NCBI GenBank assembly: GCA_963845565.1
Contig: CAWJSJ010000002.1
Coordinates: 160,001-224,000 of the forward strand
Length of the DNA stretch: 64,000 nt
Direction: 5' to 3'
Source: an uncultured Methylomirabilota bacterium
GTDB lineage: Bacteria > Methylomirabilota > Methylomirabilia > Methylomirabilales > 2-02-FULL-66-22
Positions 61,318 to 64,000 of this stretch are shown piece after piece (position 1 is the stretch's first letter; every line of letters begins with the position of its first letter). The translations under genes and the position numbers were made by a program. Below the pieces are notes generated by a model. That model was not told the origin of the DNA and did not search any database. It saw only the letters and a program-made list of their open reading frames with translations.

Positions 61318-62790
61318 ATGAGCGACGGGATACGTCCGGGAGAAAACGAGGGAGAGGTAGGGACACGCTGTGCACTGGCGCGCGCCGCCCAAGAGGAATG
61401 GAGCGCGCGTCCACTCGCCGCGCGCGTCCGGGTCATCGAGGGAGCCGCCCGACTGCTCGCCGGGGAGGCGCCTCGTCTCGCCGCGCTGCTGTCCGAGGCG
61501 TCCGGGCAAGCGCCCGCGGCCCTGTGGAGCGCGGAGATCCTGCCCACCCTGGACGCCCTGCGCTGGCTGGCGCGCGTTGGGGCTCGGCATCTCGCGCCGC
61601 AGCCGCTCCGGCGGTCGCGCCTGCAGTGGTATGTCCGCGCCACCCGTCACACACTCACCTGGGATCCTTTCGGTGTGGTGGGGGTGATCACGCCGGGAAA
61701 CGCCCCGCTCTTTCTGTCCGTCCCCCAGGTTGCGGCCGCTCTGCTGGCAGGGAACGGCGTCCTCTGGAAGCCGGCGCCGGCCGGCGATGCGCTCGCCGTC
61801 CTTGCGGCCTCCGCCTTCCGGCAAGCCGGCCTGCCCGAAGACCTCCTCCAGGTGGTCCAGGGCGGGGCGGAGGCCGCGCGGTCCGTGGTCGAGGTTGGCG
61901 TGGACAAGCTGTTCTTCACGGGAGGCTCGGCGGCAGGCCTCAGCCTGTACCGCCTGCAGGCCGAGCGGGGTCGGCCTGCCGTCCTGGAGCTTTCCGGCCG
62001 CCACGTCGCGGTGGTGCTCGCCGACGCGGACCTGACCATGGCGGCGCGCGGGATCACCTGGGGGAAGCTGGCCAACCGGGGGCGGAACTGCATCTCCGTC
62101 CAGCTGGTTCTGGTGGCGCGGCCGGCCTATGCGGACTTCCTTGCACGGGCCGGCAATGCGATGGCCGTTGCGGCGGCGGCGCCCGACCTCGGCCCTCCGA
62201 ATCCGAGTGGGCTGGCGCGCCTCCGTCGGCTGACGGAGGAGGCCGTGGAGCGCGGCGCACGCCTGATCTGCGGCAATGGCACGGGGCCCACGCTCCTCGC
62301 GGACGTTGCGCCCGGCATGTGGGTCGTGGACGAAGAGATTCAGGGGCCGATCCTGACGGCGGCGCCGGTGGACTCGGAAGCGGAGGCGATCGCCTGGATC
62401 AACCGGGGCGCCTACCGGCTCTCCGCCAGCCTGTGGTCGGCTGACCCTGTGCGGGCGCGCCACATGGCGGCGAGGCTGGACGTCGGACAGGTCTGGATCA
62501 ACGACGCCCTGCATCCGGTCGCCCAGCCCGCCGTTCCGCTGGTCGGTCGCGGGCAGAGCGGCTTCGGCGCCAGCCGCGGCCTGGCGGGCCTGCTGGAGAT
62601 GGTCCAGCCGAAGGTGACCTCCGAGACGCCCGTGCGCGCGGCGCGGCGCCACTACGACCCCATCCCCCCGGCAGGCGCCGACCTGTTCCGGGAGACGGTC
62701 GCGGTGGCCTTCGCCTCCGGCGCGAAGTCCCGCCTTGCCGGCCTGGGCCGGCTGCTGCGAACCCTGATCGGACTGGTGGGGGCGCGATGA
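61318..62790 (+). CDS. Aldehyde dehydrogenase family protein (possibly carotenoid aldehyde oxidase)
   Basis: GVVGVITPGN, WKP, FFTGG, LELSG, GRNCIS catalytic Cys, EEIQGP; overlaps a CrtI-like gene. Confidence 0.85.
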   Translation: MSDGIRPGENEGEVGTRCALARAAQEEWSARPLAARVRVIEGAARLLAGEAPRLAALLSEASGQAPAALWSAEILPTLDALRWLARVGARHLAPQPLRRSRLQWYVRATRHTLTWDPFGVVGVITPGNAPLFLSVPQVAAALLAGNGVLWKPAPAGDALAVLAASAFRQAGLPEDLLQVVQGGAEAARSVVEVGVDKLFFTGGSAAGLSLYRLQAERGRPAVLELSGRHVAVVLADADLTMAARGITWGKLANRGRNCISVQLVLVARPAYADFLARAGNAMAVAAAAPDLGPPNPSGLARLRRLTEEAVERGARLICGNGTGPTLLADVAPGMWVVDEEIQGPILTAAPVDSEAEAIAWINRGAYRLSASLWSADPVRARHMAARLDVGQVWINDALHPVAQPAVPLVGRGQSGFGASRGLAGLLEMVQPKVTSETPVRAARRHYDPIPPAGADLFRETVAVAFASGAKSRLAGLGRLLRTLIGLVGAR

Positions 62791-64000
62791 GCCGGATCGT
62801 CGTCGTCGGGGCGGGGTTTGCCGGGCTGACCGCAGGGGCCGTCCTGGCAGCCCGGGGTCATGCGGTGACCGTCGTGGAGGCTGGCCCGACGGTCGGCGGC
62901 CTGGCGTGCCGCATGACGGCGGCCGGGGCCCGCGTGGATCTCGGCCCCACCATCCTCACCGATCTCACCCCCCTTCGACTCCTCGCGGAGCGGCTCGGCG
63001 CCTCCCTGGAGAGCTTGGCAGCTGTCAGGCGGCTCGACCCTGGCTTTGTGGCCACGTTCCCCGGCGGGATCGCCCTCCCGTTCCATACGGACCCGACCCG
63101 CGTGCGATCCGCCCTTGCAGCCCTGGGACCCGAGGCGGCGACGGACTGGGAGCGGGTTCGCGATCTCGGATCACGCGCGCTGCGGCTCGCCGAGCACTAT
63201 TATTCCCGCGGCGACATCAGCGGACCGCGCGATCTGGTGGGGTTTCTCATGGGAGGCGGCATCGCCCTGGGCGACGTCATGCCGTTCCTCCGCCATGGCT
63301 CGCTCGCCCGCCTGCTCAGCGCCACCGTTCACACCCCGGCCCTGCGGACGCTCCTCGGTCATTTCGCACGGCTCATGGGGGCGGATGCCGAGACCGCGCC
63401 GGCCGTCTCCCTGGTGATTCCCCATCTCCTCACCCAGCTCGGCGTCTGGTACCCAGACGGCGGCATCGCGGCACTGGCGGAGACGGTGGGCCGTCTGGCC
63501 GAAAAGCACGGGGCGTCCCTGCGGCTCGGCGAGGCCGTGGAAGGGCTGGAGACCTCAGGCGGCCGGGTGACTGCCGCCCGGACGGCGGGCGGGCGCCTGC
63601 CGACCGACGCGTGCGTGTGCGCCGTGGACCTCGCCACCACGGCCCGCTGGATCGGCACCGGTCGTCTCGGACGGCTGGCAGCACGGCTCCGACCGGCCCG
63701 GACGGCGCGTGTCGCCTGGTGGCTGGTGGAGGGTCGGCCGCCCGTCGCCATCCATCATGCGTACCACTTCGGGGCGGACCGCGCCACCGAGCCGCTCTAT
63801 GTGGCCGTCCCCACCCTGACCGACCCGTCCCTGGCGCCGGAGGGGGCCAGCATCGTGTACGCGCTCCGCCACTGTCCGGCGAACCAGCCGCAGGCGCCGG
63901 AGTTTGCCCAGGTTCTGCAGGCGGCTGTCGCTGCGGCCGATCAGTGGCCGGGCGGGCGCGTTCTCGCCTCGGGCCTCTTCACCGACGCGACGAGCTGTTA
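62787..64000 (+). CDS. Phytoene desaturase (CrtI/CrtN/CrtP) family protein, truncated by window end
   Basis: Own translation from ATG 62787: MSRIVVVGAGFAGL..EAGPTVGG..VDLGPTILT; GVWYPDGGI; LYVAVPTLTDPSLAPEG. Confidence 0.8.
   Translation, partial: MSRIVVVGAGFAGLTAGAVLAARGHAVTVVEAGPTVGGLACRMTAAGARVDLGPTILTDLTPLRLLAERLGASLESLAAVRRLDPGFVATFPGGIALPFHTDPTRVRSALAALGPEAATDWERVRDLGSRALRLAEHYYSRGDISGPRDLVGFLMGGGIALGDVMPFLRHGSLARLLSATVHTPALRTLLGHFARLMGADAETAPAVSLVIPHLLTQLGVWYPDGGIAALAETVGRLAEKHGASLRLGEAVEGLETSGGRVTAARTAGGRLPTDACVCAVDLATTARWIGTGRLGRLAARLRPARTARVAWWLVEGRPPVAIHHAYHFGADRATEPLYVAVPTLTDPSLAPEGASIVYALRHCPANQPQAPEFAQVLQAAVAAADQWPGGRVLASGLFTDATSC

Overview
GC-rich bacterial window, tentatively Methylomirabilota/Rokubacteria-like from gene style only; this is not verifiable here. 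From left to right: a partial C-GCAxxG-C-C protein, a secreted amidohydrolase and pgm; a carbohydrate ABC cassette with no ATPase, plus a methyltransferase; a ~22 kb sugar-acid catabolic island (3 TRAP transporters, 2 split transketolases, 2 HpcH aldolases, dehydrogenases, 2 FadR/GntR regulators); mixed metabolic genes (class III aminotransferase, LVIVD and HEAT proteins, an orphan binding-protein paralog, acyl-CoA synthetase with XRE-cupin, leuB-like, ADP-forming acetate-CoA ligase, putA, DAACS symporter); and a >13 kb co-oriented light/photo-oxidative-stress cluster built around a CarH/LitR-type B12 photoreceptor (folE, class II photolyase, TspO, DUF523-DUF1722, fasciclin, TIGR01777, ALDH, CrtI-like). 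Highlights the ORF track misses: (1) a probable ArsC/thioredoxin-fold selenoprotein (in-frame UGA in a U-x-x-C motif, followed by a SECIS-like hairpin) coupled to the photolyase gene; (2) two unannotated families of palindromic intergenic repeats (5 and 3 copies), one with compensatory base changes, nested hairpin modules and docking onto stop codons; (3) many frameshifts, probably assembly indels. No rRNA, tRNA, CRISPR array or transposase was seen.
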